Source: Octopus vulgaris (taxonomy: Eukaryota). From it: DNA of 64,000 nucleotides. The DNA lies in contig OX597814.1 in the NCBI GenBank assembly GCA_951406725.2, positions 49,104,001 to 49,168,000 on the forward strand, written 5' to 3'. Below are positions 36,907 to 50,868 of the stretch, piece by piece (within the stretch, counting starts at the first letter, position 1; each line of letters starts with the position of its first letter). Both the position numbers and the translations under genes were made by a program. The notes under the pieces were generated by a model that searched no databases, was not told the origin of the DNA, and worked only from the letters and a program-made list of their open reading frames with translations.

Positions 36907-38165
36907 TATTATTATTATTATTATTATTCTATGTTTGACTTTTGCTTTATATTTGTACAAGTTGGCTCCAAGTCTCACCCAGAGACCTCAAGAGACAACA
37001 GGGTTGGAAGTTCATGTTGTTGTTATGCCTAGTGTGCCATATATTTGGGGGGTGGGGATGTTGTACTAATGAATGTCTAAAAAAAAAAAAAAATTTTTTT
37101 TTTTTTTTTTTTTAAAATTATGTTTGTTTTAAACCTTGAGATTACATAGAGAGTATTTTGCGTAGGATATGAGCAGTTCCCATGAGCACTATCTTTTGAA
37201 CTTCTGCCATTTTGGGGTTTCCTGGTATCTCAGTTAGGTAGCTATCAGCCCCTTTTGCTATCATTCCCAGGGCACCTATGACAACAGGTATTGTTTTAGT
37301 CTTCAGCTTCCACATTTTGCTGATTTCTATTTCAAGATCTTTATATTTGCTCAGTTTTTGGTAGGTCTTGACAGATACGTTTATATCGATTGGGACAGTC
37401 ATATCAATGAGGAGGCATGTTCTTTGTTTGAAGTCTTTCAATATGATGTCTGGCCTATTTGCATCTATCTTCCTGTCAGTTTGAATGGTGAAGTTCCAGA
37501 GGAGTGAGATGTGGTCATTTTCAAGCACTGGGGGTGGTTTGTGTTCCCACCAGTTTTTTTTCATGGGGCAAATCCAGGTTTTTACAGATTACCCAGTGAA
37601 TATATTGTGCAGCTCTATCGTGCCTGTTGAGATACTCTGTAGGCGCTAGAAGACTGCACTTGGAGACCACATGGTCAATGGTTTCATTTTGTTGCTTGCA
37701 TACACGACACGTTGGACTGCTTCTGATCTTTAATATGTTGGCCTGGTAGTTTCTTGTTGGTAGGCATTGATCTTGAGCTGCTATGATAAACCCCTCTGTT
37801 TCAGATTTTAAGCCAGAGGCCATTAGCCATTGATGGGTCAGCGCTTTGTCGATATCTGCATTATTTGCTCTCTTTGGGTATTTGCCATAGAGAGGTTTTT
37901 CTTGCCATTTATTATTCAGAATATCTAAGGCCGCAGTTTTGGCACGGGTTTTCATGCGCCTAGCTTTTTCTGTGCTTGTTTCTTGTATATCTATCTCTAA
38001 TTCCGAAATTGGTTGTATTCGGAATTCACTTAGATATTCCTTTGCCTGTTTTGTGACTGAGTATGATGCTTTCTTGTTTTCATGTTTTGAGACAAGTTTT
38101 AACATCCAGTCCTCAGAGTTTTTCAGGTAGGTGTCTAGGCCAATTGTAGCAATCTTCATTGTTAT
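36905..38165 (-). mobile_element. R4/Dong-clade RLE non-LTR retrotransposon, 5'-truncated, inserted in (TAA)n
   Basis: ETEGFIIAAQDQ.L.TRNY...CRVC....ETIDHVVSKC...RHD, a frameshift, then WNFTIQTD...RPDI...ID...K..KY..L...PVVIGALG. Flanked by TAA repeats, the known Dong target. Confidence 0.9.
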
Positions 38166-38197
38166 TGCCAGTTGCTTATTATTATTATTATACCCAA

Positions 38198-38303
<106 letters not shown>

Positions 38304-38315
38304 CTTTTATTTTTT

Positions 38316-38770
38316 ATCTTTTACATGTTTCAGTCATTAGACTGCAGCCATGCTAGGGCACTGCCTTGAAGAATTTTCAGCACCCATTACATTTTTTTCT
38401 TTTTTTTTCTAAGCCTGGCACTTGTTTTATTGCCCACTCTTGCTGAACTGTTAAGTTATGGAAACAAGCACACTAAGACTGGTTGTCAAGCAGTGGTTGG
38501 GGACAAACACAGACACAAAGACACATACGCGCGTGTGCACACACACACACACAAACACACACACACGCACAAACACACACACACACACACACACACACGC
38601 ATGTGTACACCAGGCTTCTTTTGGTTTCCACCTACCAAATCCACTTGATAGGCTTTGGTTGACCTGAGGCTATAATAGAAGACACTTGCCAAAGGTGTCA
38701 CACAATGGGCGTGAACCAAAAACCTTCTGGTTGTGAAGCAAGCTTCTTACCACAACATCTACACCTGCAC
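38316..38770 (-). mobile_element. SINE family A, diverged
   Basis: Reverse-complement homology to family A. Confidence 0.75.
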
Positions 38771-38806
38771 CTATATATATATATATATATATACACACGC
38801 GCATAT

Positions 38807-39211
38807 GCTGTGTGGTAAGTAGCTTGCTAACCAGCCACATGGTTCCGGGTTCAGTCCCACTGCGTGGCATCTTGGGCAAGTGTCTTCTGCTATAGCCCCG
38901 GGCTGACCAATGCCTTGTGAGTGGATTTGGTAGACGGAAACTGAAAGAAGCCTGTCGTATATATGTATATATATATATGTATGTGTGTGTGTGTTTGTGT
39001 GTCTGTATTTGTCCCACTAGCATTGCTTGACAACCGATGCTGGTGTGTCTATGTCCCCATCACTTAACGGTTCAGCAAAAGAGACCGATAGAATAAGTAC
39101 TGGGCTTACAAAGAATAAGTCCCGGGGTCGATTTGCTCAACTAAAGGCGGTGCTCCAGCATGGCCGCAGTCAAATGACTGAAACAAGTAAAAGAGTAAAG
39201 AGTAAAGAGTA
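38807..39211 (+). mobile_element. SINE family A
   Basis: GCTGTGTGGTAAGTAGC head through the (AAAGAGT)n tail. Confidence 0.9.
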
Positions 39212-41359
39212 TACACACAGAGGCATGGCTTTATGATTAAGAAGTTAACTTCCCAACAGCATGGTTCTTGCAGAGCCAACTTAGCAGGAATTATAAGCCC
39301 CTAGACAAATCAAAACACTGGACCTGATAATATTTATTTGTTGACAGCAAGCTACACCATACATAAATCAGAAGTGGACCCCTACACTCATGTCACCTCT
39401 GGCCAACTGCTCAATGTGCCCATGCCTTAAGATATCACTGGGTTCCTAGTTCAACCACACCATGTGACACCTTGGACAAGTGTCTTCTACTAGAACTCTA
39501 GGCTGACCAAATCTCTATGAATGGATATGGTGTATGTATACACACGCACAGAGATATATAATAATCAAGTGGAAGTCAATTGTCAAGTGGAGGTCAAAAC
39601 AATTTTGGCACTTTTCCAACAGAGTTCATCCTCTGACCATTGCCTCCATAATACCATGCTTTTTCACTTCCAGTCATCTATATAGTCACCTTATCAAACC
39701 ATGTCTTAGTAATGAAAACACACTCATGTGATGCCACATAACAGCACTCGGGTGGTACCACATAAAAGTACACAGTACACGCTGTAAAGAGGGTGGCATT
39801 AGGAAGGGCATCCAGCTAGAGAAACTATTCCAAATGATACTGGTGCAGCTCCCCAGATTGCCAGCTCTAATGAAACCATCCAACCCATGCCAGCATAGAC
39901 AATGGAAATTAAATGATGATGATGATGATATATATATGTATATATATATATACTCTCATAAGTACATGCACAAGATGGGAACAAATTCTAAAAGCAGATT
40001 CCAGAACTAGATAATCCATGTGCTCCCACCAACTAATGGATTATCTACCTTCATAGAGGTGGAGAATAAAATTACTTTATATACTAATAATAAGTTATGT
40101 GTATGTAATCAGTAAAGTTGGGAACAATACCATCATTTACTTGTAAGATAACTTCTTTTGAGTCAATGCCCACCATGTAATGTCACATTTAGAATGTTAT
40201 ACTTTTGCAATCCAATAGGAAGAGATATCCACAAAATATTCAATAAACAAAAATGATGGCAAATCCCTTAAATCTCCAAGATGTTATTGAAATGTTAATT
40301 GTATCACATTTCTACTGAAGACATAACACACATTTAGCAGCAACCCTAAAATGTCATGAAGATAAAACTGTCTAATGCAGTATGAGTTTCTTGCTAAAAC
40401 AATATACAATGCCACCCGTAGGGTGACATTGTATATTGTTACTGTTGGGGTAAGTATAAAAAATACTACAGATGTCAAGTACATCCACACATTGCAACAC
40501 AAAAAATATAAATGGAACATACTCACGAAAACCACCCCCATAATACAATCACAACAGAGTTAACATAGAAACAGAAAACAAAAAATAAAGAAAAAAAACA
40601 CATTGTTGTGGAAGTCAGATGGTAAATAGATGTTAATATGATATGTAAAATCTGTGAGAAAGAAAACCTACACCTCTTTGAAATCAACAACTTTTTTCAC
40701 ACTGATCATATATTCACGTTCATATTTGTAATTAGTATTCTAATGCTTTTATGTGCTTTAAATGATAATCTTTGCAAGTTGTGGTTTCCAAACACATAAA
40801 TAGACTATCTAAGACCATGTATTCTATAAATCCAACCAGTAAATAAATATAAGTTTTCTAAAGTTTGGAATAGGACTCTATACATTGTTGTTGTCTAAAT
40901 TCCAATGATAGAGCTTTGCTTCATAGTTTGGAACCAACATCTTGTTTATGAGATATCTCAGAAAATTTTTATTAAAAGATCTCACAAAACACGTCCATAC
41001 ACACACATAAGTGGCATTAAGAAATTGTTCATTGTCACATAGCCACATATGACAACAGAATGATAGAATGATGTTGATGCATCTCTCAAGAACATTCACA
41101 TCACAACTGAAGTGAATTCTCTTCAACAAAGAATTGTAACAAGATTGATAGATTTGCTCACTTAATGCATAATATATTCTCTAGCACTCTGCATTATGAT
41201 TTGAATCATCAATCTTTCTCAGTTGATACTGGTATCAGCATTTCTGGCACCTCTTAATATATTATCATTGATGAAGATGCTTGAAACATTCCAGTGTCAC
41301 ATAAATCAATCTTTTAAAATCAAAAATCATTACTTGAAATGAAAATCAGAAATCATATA

Positions 41360-42876
41360 CACTGAACCGCAAAATAAACATAATTTTTTCAAATGTCATT
41401 TTTATAAAGTAAATTTGGAAAATTTATTTTGGGGATGTAAGTGTAAATATTCCAAGGCATACTGGTTTATGACTGAAACCAAAATTGCAGGTAATCTTTC
41501 ATGAAATGGGACACCAAAATGCAGCTGTGCCAAATGCTGTGGGTAGCAGTCACAAACAACTGTCATGAAAACCAAAATGCACATGCATCTCATAGAGGTT
41601 ATGGGTATAAAAATCAACTTAAACTGCGTTCCTGGCATTTGTAATTTGGACGCATCAGGTATGACCTGATTGTCAGCAGCACAGACAGAACAAGCTATTG
41701 GTCAATTGCAAGCAGGGCAGCATGCCCTGGTTGTTGCGAAAGGTTACAATATCCATATCAGCATCATCTACCGCAACAGCGATACAACAACACCAACAGC
41801 ACTGCAGACCATGCCTGCAGAGGGCGCCCCTAGGTGATCATGCCCAGGCAGGACTGCTTCATCTACCTGAAACACCTCCGTAATCGCTTCTGACTGGCCA
41901 GTGTGACAGCTCGCGAGACCATTGCCACTGGACAGCAACCCCTCAGCAACAACGTGGTACGACATTGACTGGTTGCCAACAACTTGCATTTCTGTCATCC
42001 TGCTCAAAGGCCTGCCCACCACCATCAGGCATGTCTACAGCGGGCTACACAGCACCAACGTTGGTGGCATCAACAATGGAGGTCAACAGTCTTCTCTGAC
42101 GAGAGCTGATACTGTGTTTCCACCTCAGATGGCAGAGTGAGGGTTGGCTTATGAGGGGTGAACGCTACAGAGACACGGGTGTCATGGAGAGATGTGTGGA
42201 GTGGCCAAAGCATCATGGTTTAGAGTGCTATAGACCAGAATCAGAGAATTGGGCCCCGTGTGTTCCAAAATATTGGTGCAGGCAGAAGGAATAGCATTAC
42301 GGTGCAGCACTATGTTGATCAGATCCTAAGACCCCACATTGTGCCCTTCTTCACGCGTCCCCATAGCTATGTGTCCCAGCAGGACAATGCTCCCTCCCAC
42401 ATGGCCAGGGTCACCACAGACTTCCTGCATCAGCACAACATCAGAAATATACCATGGCTGGCTCTCAGCCCAGATTTGAATCCCATTGAACACCTGTTCG
42501 ATGAAATCCAGAGAAAGCTAAACCAGGTGAGCCCAAGGCCAACAACTCGTTTGGAACTAAAGGCAGGTTTTCTCAAGGTGTGGGCACAGGTGCCAATGGC
42601 TTTTGTGAACCACCTCATGCACTCCATGTACCGATGGTGTATGGCCATTTTGAACATCTAAGGAGGGTATACACAGTACTGAACATGTCACACCCTATAA
42701 TCTTGATGTGCTAGATCTGCCCACTACCAGGACACATGACAATAACCCATAGACTGTGGTCAAAGTGCATTCAAGAAATTGACTTTATCAGATTTATCAA
42801 CATTTTTCTCTGACCTAATGAAATTAAAGCATATTTCACAGTCACGCACATTTCACATTTCTTTTGCAGTTCAGTG
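41360..42876 (+). mobile_element. Tc1-family DNA transposon (DD34E), full length, transposase pseudogene ~41661-42682
   Basis: TA-flanked TIRs CACTGAACCGCAAAA / TTTTGCAGTTCAGTG. ORF 42260-42661 has QQDNAPSH...W.ALSPDLNPIEHLFD. Confidence 0.92.
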
Positions 42877-43073
42877 TATTACACTCTATTATTTGTGCAA
42901 TGAGTTTTGGTCTGTATTTCAATATTGAAATAAATTGCATTTAAACTGGTTACATCTGACCCAGTTATTCTTGCTGTTTCACATTTAAACTGGCCAGATC
43001 CAGGCTCTTGCACTTAAAAGATCATCTTGAAATTATGAAGATAATGCATGCTTTATTCAAAACAATGTGAATA

Positions 43074-44510
43074 TGAAGATGGTATCCAAAAGTTATGCTT
43101 AGGAAGAAATAACTGATGTACCTAAGTTTTAACATCATCTACTTCAAAATAGCCACCTTGTGCAGCAAACACTGGTCCCAGCATTCTTATTTCTTTACAG
43201 CCTACAAGGGGCTACACACAGAGGGGTCAAACAAGGACAGACAAATGGATTGAGTCGATTATATCAACCCCAGTGCATAACTGGTACTTAATTTATCGAC
43301 CCCGAAAGGATGAAAGGCAAAGTCGACCTTGGTGGAATTTGAACTCAGAATGTAGCGGCAGACAAAATACTGCTAAGAATTTCGCCCAGCATGCTAATGA
43401 TTCTGCCAGCTCGCTGCTGATCCCAACATTCCTGCCACTTTTGGAATCCAGCCTGGAAGTCATTTTCTGTAAGCAAGTCAAAGACTTTCTGTGATTTGCT
43501 CTGGATCTTGACAACGGTGTTAAAACAGTGACCCTTGAGCTGCAGTTTCATCTTGGGGAAGAGATGGAAATCCACAGGTGCTAAATCTGGAAAGTATGGT
43601 GGGTGCAGAAGTGATTCTATATTGGTTTTTGGTGAGAAACTTATGAGTGAGGGGAGCTTGGTGACAGGGTGCATTGCACAGATCTGGTCATTTTTGCTAA
43701 ATGTCCTCTCTCAATGCACAATGCTACAGATGTCAAAACAATAATGATGAGCATGCTCTTGATTGAGCAGCCAATCTGTTTTGTCTTCTTTGGTTGTGGA
43801 GATGAAGGGCTCTTCCATTGTGATGACTGCAGCTTTGTCTCAGGGTTGTACCCATAGACACAACTCTCATCATTGGTGGTGATCCTCGACAAGAAGGATG
43901 GGTCATCAGCAGTACACCAACAGAGATCTTGACAGATTTCAATGGTGGTCAGCAGGCAGGGTACAAACTTGGCAGAGACATGCTGCATGTCCAAATCAGA
44001 CGTTAGGGTGGCCTGCATGGACTCATATGACAGACCAACAACATCAACAATGTCGTTGATTGTCCTCTGATGATCCTCATGCACAAGCTGATGAATTTTC
44101 TACACATTTCTGGGGGTGACACTTGTGGCAGGTCTTCTAGTTCGCTCATCATCTTCTAGAAATGTTCTTCCACTTTTGAAACACCGATGCTACTCGAAAC
44201 ATTGTGTACAACCCATTGCCTCATCGCTGTAAGTTTGCTGAAGAATGCTCGATGTCTCTGTAGCAGACTTCCCTAGTTTAATGCAAAATTTCACATTGGC
44301 TCTTTGTAACTGTCCATGACAAAACTGGAGACTACAGAATACATGTGATCTCAAAAACACAAATTTCACACCTTGCGAAGTAAACACAGCAGTGTTACTC
44401 AGCACACTGCCTCATGAAGGTCACTGCTAGCTTTCACTGCACATGCAATCATGTGCTGCCATCTGCTGGCATGCTTCAGAACTAGTCCAGGAACTTTTCG
44501 ATACCACCTA
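43074..44510 (-). mobile_element. Mariner-family (DD34D) transposon, decayed
   Basis: QRANVKFCIKLGKSATET, AKFVP.LL, ITTNDES.VYGY.PETK.QS.QW and HPPYFPDLAPVDFHLF. Degenerate TIRs GGTATCCAAAAGTT / AACTTTTCGATACC. Confidence 0.88.
43187..43416 (-). mobile_element. SINE family C inserted in the mariner, ~15-bp TSD
   Basis: CTGGTCCCAGCATTC (43172-86) and CTGATCCCAACATTC (43417-31) flank a copy homologous to 52064-52295. Confidence 0.85.
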
Positions 44511-44749
44511 TAAGATCACATTTGATAGAATATTCTGAATGTTAAGAAATTTACAGCTACGTAATCTATTTTCGTGGAAATTTTTATAGAGAACAAAGTT
44601 GCTACTAGCTAATATTTTCCTGTATAGTTTTTAATTCTATTCTGTTGTAATTGTTTGTAGAAGTTTCTTGATGTAGTTGCTAAGCAGAAGAGTTGAGAAT
44701 GGAATTTGATAGGCAGAAACTGTATATACTCATGTATGCACACACATAA

Positions 44750-45120
44750 CATATACATACATACATTCATACATACATGCATACATACATACATACATAC
44801 ATACATACATACATACATACATACATACATACATACATACATACATACATACATACATACATACATACGTACATACATACATACATTATTATGGCTGCCT
44901 CCTCGTTATCAAGTATGGCCATTGCACGAAGCATAACTGTTACTGGTGCTGTGATCGAATGTGACTTTTTAGCCCAGCTAAAGATCTACAATGTCTTGTA
45001 CAAAATTGGCAACTAATACCTTTACTGGTAATAGCCAGCTGTAGTTGTAACTGGGCTTCATGTACCTTTGCATGTCGTTTAAGTCCTCCTGCCAAATTAC
45101 ACTCTCTTCCACATGCCCAA
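44750..45120 (-). mobile_element. RTE/RTE-X-type LINE 3' end with C-terminal C2H2 zinc fingers and (TGTA)n tail
   Basis: ORF 44940-45146: CGREC...GGLKRHAKVH...CQFCTRHCRSLAGLKSHIRS, then a short UTR and a (TACA)n array at 44750-44885. Confidence 0.65.
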
Positions 45121-46349
45121 TATACATACATACATATATAGAACACACATACATTTGTGTGTATGTGTGTGTACTATATATATATGTATCTATGTATTTG
45201 CATATGTTTACATCTGAACAATCCTTTAGGCTACTGGTTATGCCTTTTGTCTCATTGTATCATACAAAACCTCTAAAACAGGAATAAGACTTGGATGGAT
45301 GTAGTTGACTAAAAACCCTTGAAGTGTAAAAAAAATATTGTTACTCTTCATTTATGTGTACGTATTTGTGTGTGCAAAACAGACTTTAAGATGGAAGCTT
45401 TGAAACACTTCCCCAAAGTATACTAACCTTCAAAGCTCCGCCTTTTTTATAAGAGGAGGCAGGCCAATAGTTTGTAGTGGTCCTTTTGAAAAAGTAAACA
45501 TTTTTTTTTCTTCTATTTCCTTTCTAATGTTTATTAAAAAATTCCAGTCTTAGGGACTATAAATATTTATAAGTACAATATGGATTGCAGAAATGCATGA
45601 ACTCTCAGCACTTCCCCTTATAAAAGCAAGCAACAATTCAGGAATACAAATTTTGCAATTTCAGTTCCTGATTGTAACTATTTCCTTTTACTTACATTAC
45701 TAATTCACTTGAGGAAGGTATGAACATGAAAATTCTCTTCTGCTCTAAATATAGGAAAATTATGTCAAGTCAATGATAGGAAACCAATATTAAAATAAAT
45801 CCATATATATGTGAAAATAATGCTGACTAGGATTTGGTATTACAGAAAATACTTTTATGCCAAACTGTCTCTGAAAATGTCAACATTGGTACAATTATGT
45901 AAAAACTTAGCAAACGTCATGTGTTTACTTTAATTTCATCTCTCTGAAGTCAATAAAATAACTAACAAGTGTACACAGGGGAGATTCAATTTCCCCTTAT
46001 ACTCCTAATCTTTTATGAAAATTTATTCCATGCTTAGTAAATAAATAAATAAATAAACCTGTTCGCTTTCTGTGAGCTCAATATTCAAAAGGAAGTAGGA
46101 TTCAGTTACTTTAAAAAGTTTCTCTCTAATCTATTTATCTAGTCTGGTGTGAGAGGATTCCACCCCCATAACCACAGACAATTTGCATTTACTTTGGCTT
46201 TTCACTAACAATTTTTTCTTTCTTTTTTTGTACCATCCTACAGGGCAACTATTGTCATGGAATATAATTTCCCAAGTACTAGAACTTCATCTTTACTATT
46301 GCAACATTTTCAAGAACTAGAAGAAACATCTAGGAATGGTGGCACAATA

Positions 46350-46563
46350 CTTTTCTACTCTAGGTACAAGGCCCAAAATTTTTGGGGAGGGAACCAGTCG
46401 ATTAGATTGACCCCAGTACGCGACTGGTACTTAATTTATCGGCCCTGGAAGGATGAAAGGCAAAGTCAACCTCAGCGGAATTTGAACTCAGAACATAAAG
46501 ACAGACGAAATACCGCTAAGCATTTTGCCTGGCATGCTAACATTTCTGTCAGCTTGCTGCCTT
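46350..46563 (-). mobile_element. SINE family C; further diverged plus-strand copies at 46810-46955 and 47029-47220
   Basis: GAAGGATGAAAGGCAAAGTCAACC...GAATTTGAACTCAGAAC. Confidence 0.8.
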
Positions 46564-47220
46564 AATGGTGGCACGATACTGTTAGAGAGTAATGTTCAGA
46601 GACATTTGATATATTCTAATGACTTACATAAGCCTTTTATTTGACTTTGGAATAGAATATATTAGCTTCAAAAAATGAGCATGAATGATTGAGTTTATAG
46701 AATTATTCAACTAATACTGTATGTGTGAGCATATCTCAAAACTTGAAATGGAAATATTGGTGACTAAATAAAGTTTAAAGACTGATGTTTTTTTACATTT
46801 GATATCTATAACCACTCTAATTCCACCAAGGCTGATTTTGCCTTTCATCTTTTTGGAGTTGATAAAATAATACCAGTTGAGCATTAGGATCAATGTAATT
46901 GACTTACCTCCTCCCCCAAAACTGCTGCCCTTGTACCAAAATTTGAAACCAATATTATGCATAAATTCAGTTGATCTCAAAACAATTGAATACTCATTTT
47001 CAAAACCAACAAATATCCATTTAATTTAAGGCAGTGGGCTAGCAGAATCATTAGTATGCTCAAAATGCTTAGCAGCATTTCATCTCTCTTTACATTCTGA
47101 GTACAAATTCCACCAAGGTCAACTTTGCCTTCATCCTTTCAGAGTCAATAAAATAAATACAAGACAAGTACTGGGGTTGTTGATGTAATTGACTTCCTCT
47201 TTCCCCAAAATTTCTGACCT

Positions 47221-48110
47221 GTAGAACTCGACGAAGACATCCTGCTAACCCTGGTGAAACAAAATCCCATCATAACTGTTGAGGAACTAGTAGAGAAGCT
47301 TGGATTTGATCATTCAACCATTCCTTGACATCTGCATGCCATCAGAAAAGTCATCAAATTGGGTCAATGGGTTCCTCACAAACTTTCCGAGTCTAATCAC
47401 ACACAGAGAGTAAATGTGTGCTCTTCTCATGAATGAATCTCTTTTGGATCGAATAGTGGCTGGTGATGAGAAATGGGTTCTCTATAAAAATGTCAAGCAC
47501 TGAAGACAATGAGTAGGGAAAGGAGAAACACCAACACCCCAGGATAAAGAAGGTCTTCACCCATGTAAGATGTTGTTATCTGTTTGGTGGGATATGAAAA
47601 GTTTAGTCCACTTTGAACTTTCCAACCCAAACCAAGCGATAACAAAGGAGATCTGCTGTGAGCAGCTTGAGCAGCTTAAATCAGTGCTGGAAGAAAAACA
47701 ACCATCTTTGGTTTCAAGATGAAAGGTGTTCTTCCATCAGGATAATGCTTGGCCACATACAGTGAGATTGACATTTCAAAGACTGGAGCAGTTTGAATAG
47801 GAAACGATGCCCCACCCACCATATTCACCGGACATCACATCACTCCATCTGATTATCAATTATGTTGCAGTCTTTGGACAGAAAAAATATGAATTCTGTA
47901 GATGAGGTCAGAACAGTACTAGAGGAGTATTTTTCATTAGGAACAAGTGAATTTTGGAAGAGAGGCCTTGCAAGTCTACCAGATAGATGGAAGAACATTG
48001 TAGAAAATGAAGGGGAGTATATTTTAGATTAAAAAAGAACTTTGTTTATCTTAATTTTGAAAAAGAAATAAATGTAAAAAAAAAACACATTATTTATGGG
48101 ATGACCCAAT
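47221..48110 (+). mobile_element. Mariner (Mos1-like) transposase pseudogene, 5'-truncated
   Basis: LGQWVPHKL, DRIVAGDEKWVLY, LSVWWD, FHQDNA.PH and HPPYSPD. Right TIR ends GATGACCCAA-TA. Confidence 0.92.
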
Positions 48111-50521
48111 ATATATATATATATATATGTATATACATCTGTTTGTTGTCTACACCACCTGTCTTCGTCTTTTGTTTTTTGTGAGTTCTTCCCTTATATA
48201 TATATATATATATATATATCCAGAAATTGCAATCAATCTCACCAGTATAGAAAGGCCTGAAAATGTCATGTTCACAGCTCCTCCACCTCCTCTGCCTACC
48301 TCATAAAAATTTCAAAGCAAACCCAGTTGTACTCATTTGTTAAATTTGATTAGCTTTCTAAATGAACAAAAACTTTCTTCTACAACTTGTTTTGGTTTTT
48401 AATTTAATGTTTTTTCTATGATTGTTGCGTTATAGATGAAAATTTTCCTGTTCTGATTTCATCAAGTAAATGTTGAAGTTCTCCGTCTGTAGGTGTACCT
48501 TACACATACTCCAACTATAAAATGGATGTAAAGATTATCATTGAATATAAGATTGAATTTGTTAATACATCTGAGAGACATTTGCTTATAAGCTATTGTT
48601 GACATATAACTTGTCAACAAAAAAATCCACATGCTGGAGATGTTCATGTATGATGTACAAGCTGAATATGGAATGGACTCTTATACATTTATTAGTGAGG
48701 GGAAAATACCTCAGAAGTGGTACTGTCTCATATGTGTCATAAAGTGAGTCAAACATTTTGATATATTCAGTTTATCCAAGCAATTATCCTTAGGGGTATC
48801 CAAAAACTCAAAACAAAAAGCAAGTAAAATAATTTCAATAAGATCAGTTGATGGGAATTTCTGAACAACACAAACATACAGATTCAAGAAGATCTGGTAT
48901 TTAAACCCAACTTGTGAAAGAAATGAACCTGTTTTATTCTTATTATCCCTTCTCAGTGAAACATATTGTACTCAATTGGCAAGGCTCTGCTTGATTAATA
49001 TGTACAGAAATAGAGAAAATATATTCATGCAGATTATGAATATCAACAATATGACTGAGGAAAAATACCTTGGATGGGGAGCATTTTGTATATCATCATT
49101 TTAACATCCACTTTTCCATGCTTGTATGGGTCAGGAGGAATTTGTTGTGACAGATTTTTTATGACTGGACATCATTCCTTTCATGAACCAAAGTAATAAT
49201 CTGCTAGTCTTTTGAACAATAAACAAATGAGATATAGTTACACAGTAAGTTGGGGAAAAAAACACTAAGAATGATTCTTTTGGTTCAAAAAGATTGTGCA
49301 ACATATCGAGACAGGGGCCAAGAAGTCCAGACATGCTTTTTGCAGTTGATTGCTAGCAAAGGACACTACCTGTATTGTTGTTTACAATCAGTGAGAACAT
49401 GTGAAGGCAAAGGGAAATATGAACTCACTCACACAAATACACACACACACTCACTCACTCACGTATCTATATCTATATACAACAGGTTTCTTCCATTTCT
49501 TTCACAAGATATTGGTTGACCTGGGTCTATAGTATAAAACACCAGCTGACAGTATCCACATGCACAATGAGACTAAACTGCGAAGCATGTGGTTTCAAGG
49601 CGAACTTCTTAACCACACAGCCATCACTACGCCTACTTTATTCAAAGTACAAATATAGAAGGTCATACATATGCAACATAGAAAGTTGAAAAACTTCCAT
49701 CAATTAAGGTTATCTAGCTATAATGTTATTCATAATCGTTATCATTACGTTCCTTTTATTTCTCCATGTATTGATTACTTCTAGTCTTACAAAATAGAAT
49801 ATAGTTCACTAAGAAGGTATAATAAGACTGAAACACGCTTACTGCTTTCCCAGCTGGCTTTAAAACCTCGATTCATTCCACTTTGCCTTGTCCAAAAAGT
49901 GTGATTAACCAAGTTTTATTGGAGTTATCTCCCTTCTCAGCTTTCAGCTTTCCAGAGACCCAAGGAGTATTTATACTATGTTGGATGATCACAGCTGATC
50001 GAAGTTGTTCAACTCACTGCTTTATGTATGTGAGTCCTTATCGTATTTGTTACACGTTTATATAATAGTAGTGGTGTTTGGCAGAAACGTTAGACGATCG
50101 CACGAAAAGACTTGAGATATTTAGTTACGATCCTTTATGTTTTAAGTTCAAATCTTGACAATATCAATTGAGTCAAGCTTCTCAGATTGATGAAATAAGG
50201 CATTCGTCATGTACAAGTTGATTTATAATTCCAACAATGCATCTTGGATGTCATTGGAATAATGATTATTCAAAAAAATAAACTGCTCTATGCAACTTCC
50301 TATCAAAATTTGCGTTTAATTCCATTAACGAAGTTTAAATGAGAGCATTAAAGATTCTAGATGAGACTGAATGCTAGATAATCTTCTCGTTCTTGCCTCA
50401 GGACTGCAGAAGCTGCTCTTGTTTCTCTTGCACGGTCTATTTAGAGCTGAGTATTTTTGTGCACCATCGATCTTTCAATATAAAACATCGTTTGGCAAAA
50501 AAAATACTTCTGCTTCTGGCA

Positions 50522-50868
50522 ATCTTTCGTCTCTAGTAGACCTTTCCGTCGATTTCCGTAAAAATCTTCTTTTTTTTTACATATGGGCTTGCGGGAACTT
50601 TTGAAGTAATGAGAGCGAAAGAGACTAAGAGAAAGCGATTGTATGACGAGGGAAGTTCTTTTGAAGTTACCGTGCACGGGAAACATTGATGTACATGTGT
50701 GTGTGTGTTTGATGGGGTGTGGGAGACAGACAGTATGTTGTGTAAGTGAAAGAGAGAGATAACGGAAATTTTTTTCTCGGTGTATGTGTATATGTATGTA
50801 GCAAGCCCATATGTAAAAAAAAAGTTTTTTATGGAAATCGACGGAAAGGTCTACTAGAGACGAAAGAT
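50522..50868. mobile_element. MITE with ~70-bp TIRs
   Basis: ATCTTTCGTCTCTAGTAGACCTTTCCGTCGATTTCC...ACATATGGGCTTGC (50522-50592) is inverted at 50801-50868. Confidence 0.85.

Noticed and set aside
44940-45146. Host C2H2 zinc-finger gene exon
   Set aside because: No TGEKP linkers; followed by a short UTR and microsatellite tail typical of RTE-type LINE ends.
49843-49925. CUB-domain-like ending (RGFKASW) on the minus strand
   Set aside because: An in-frame stop lies just upstream and no other CUB motifs are present; kept only as a possible start exon.
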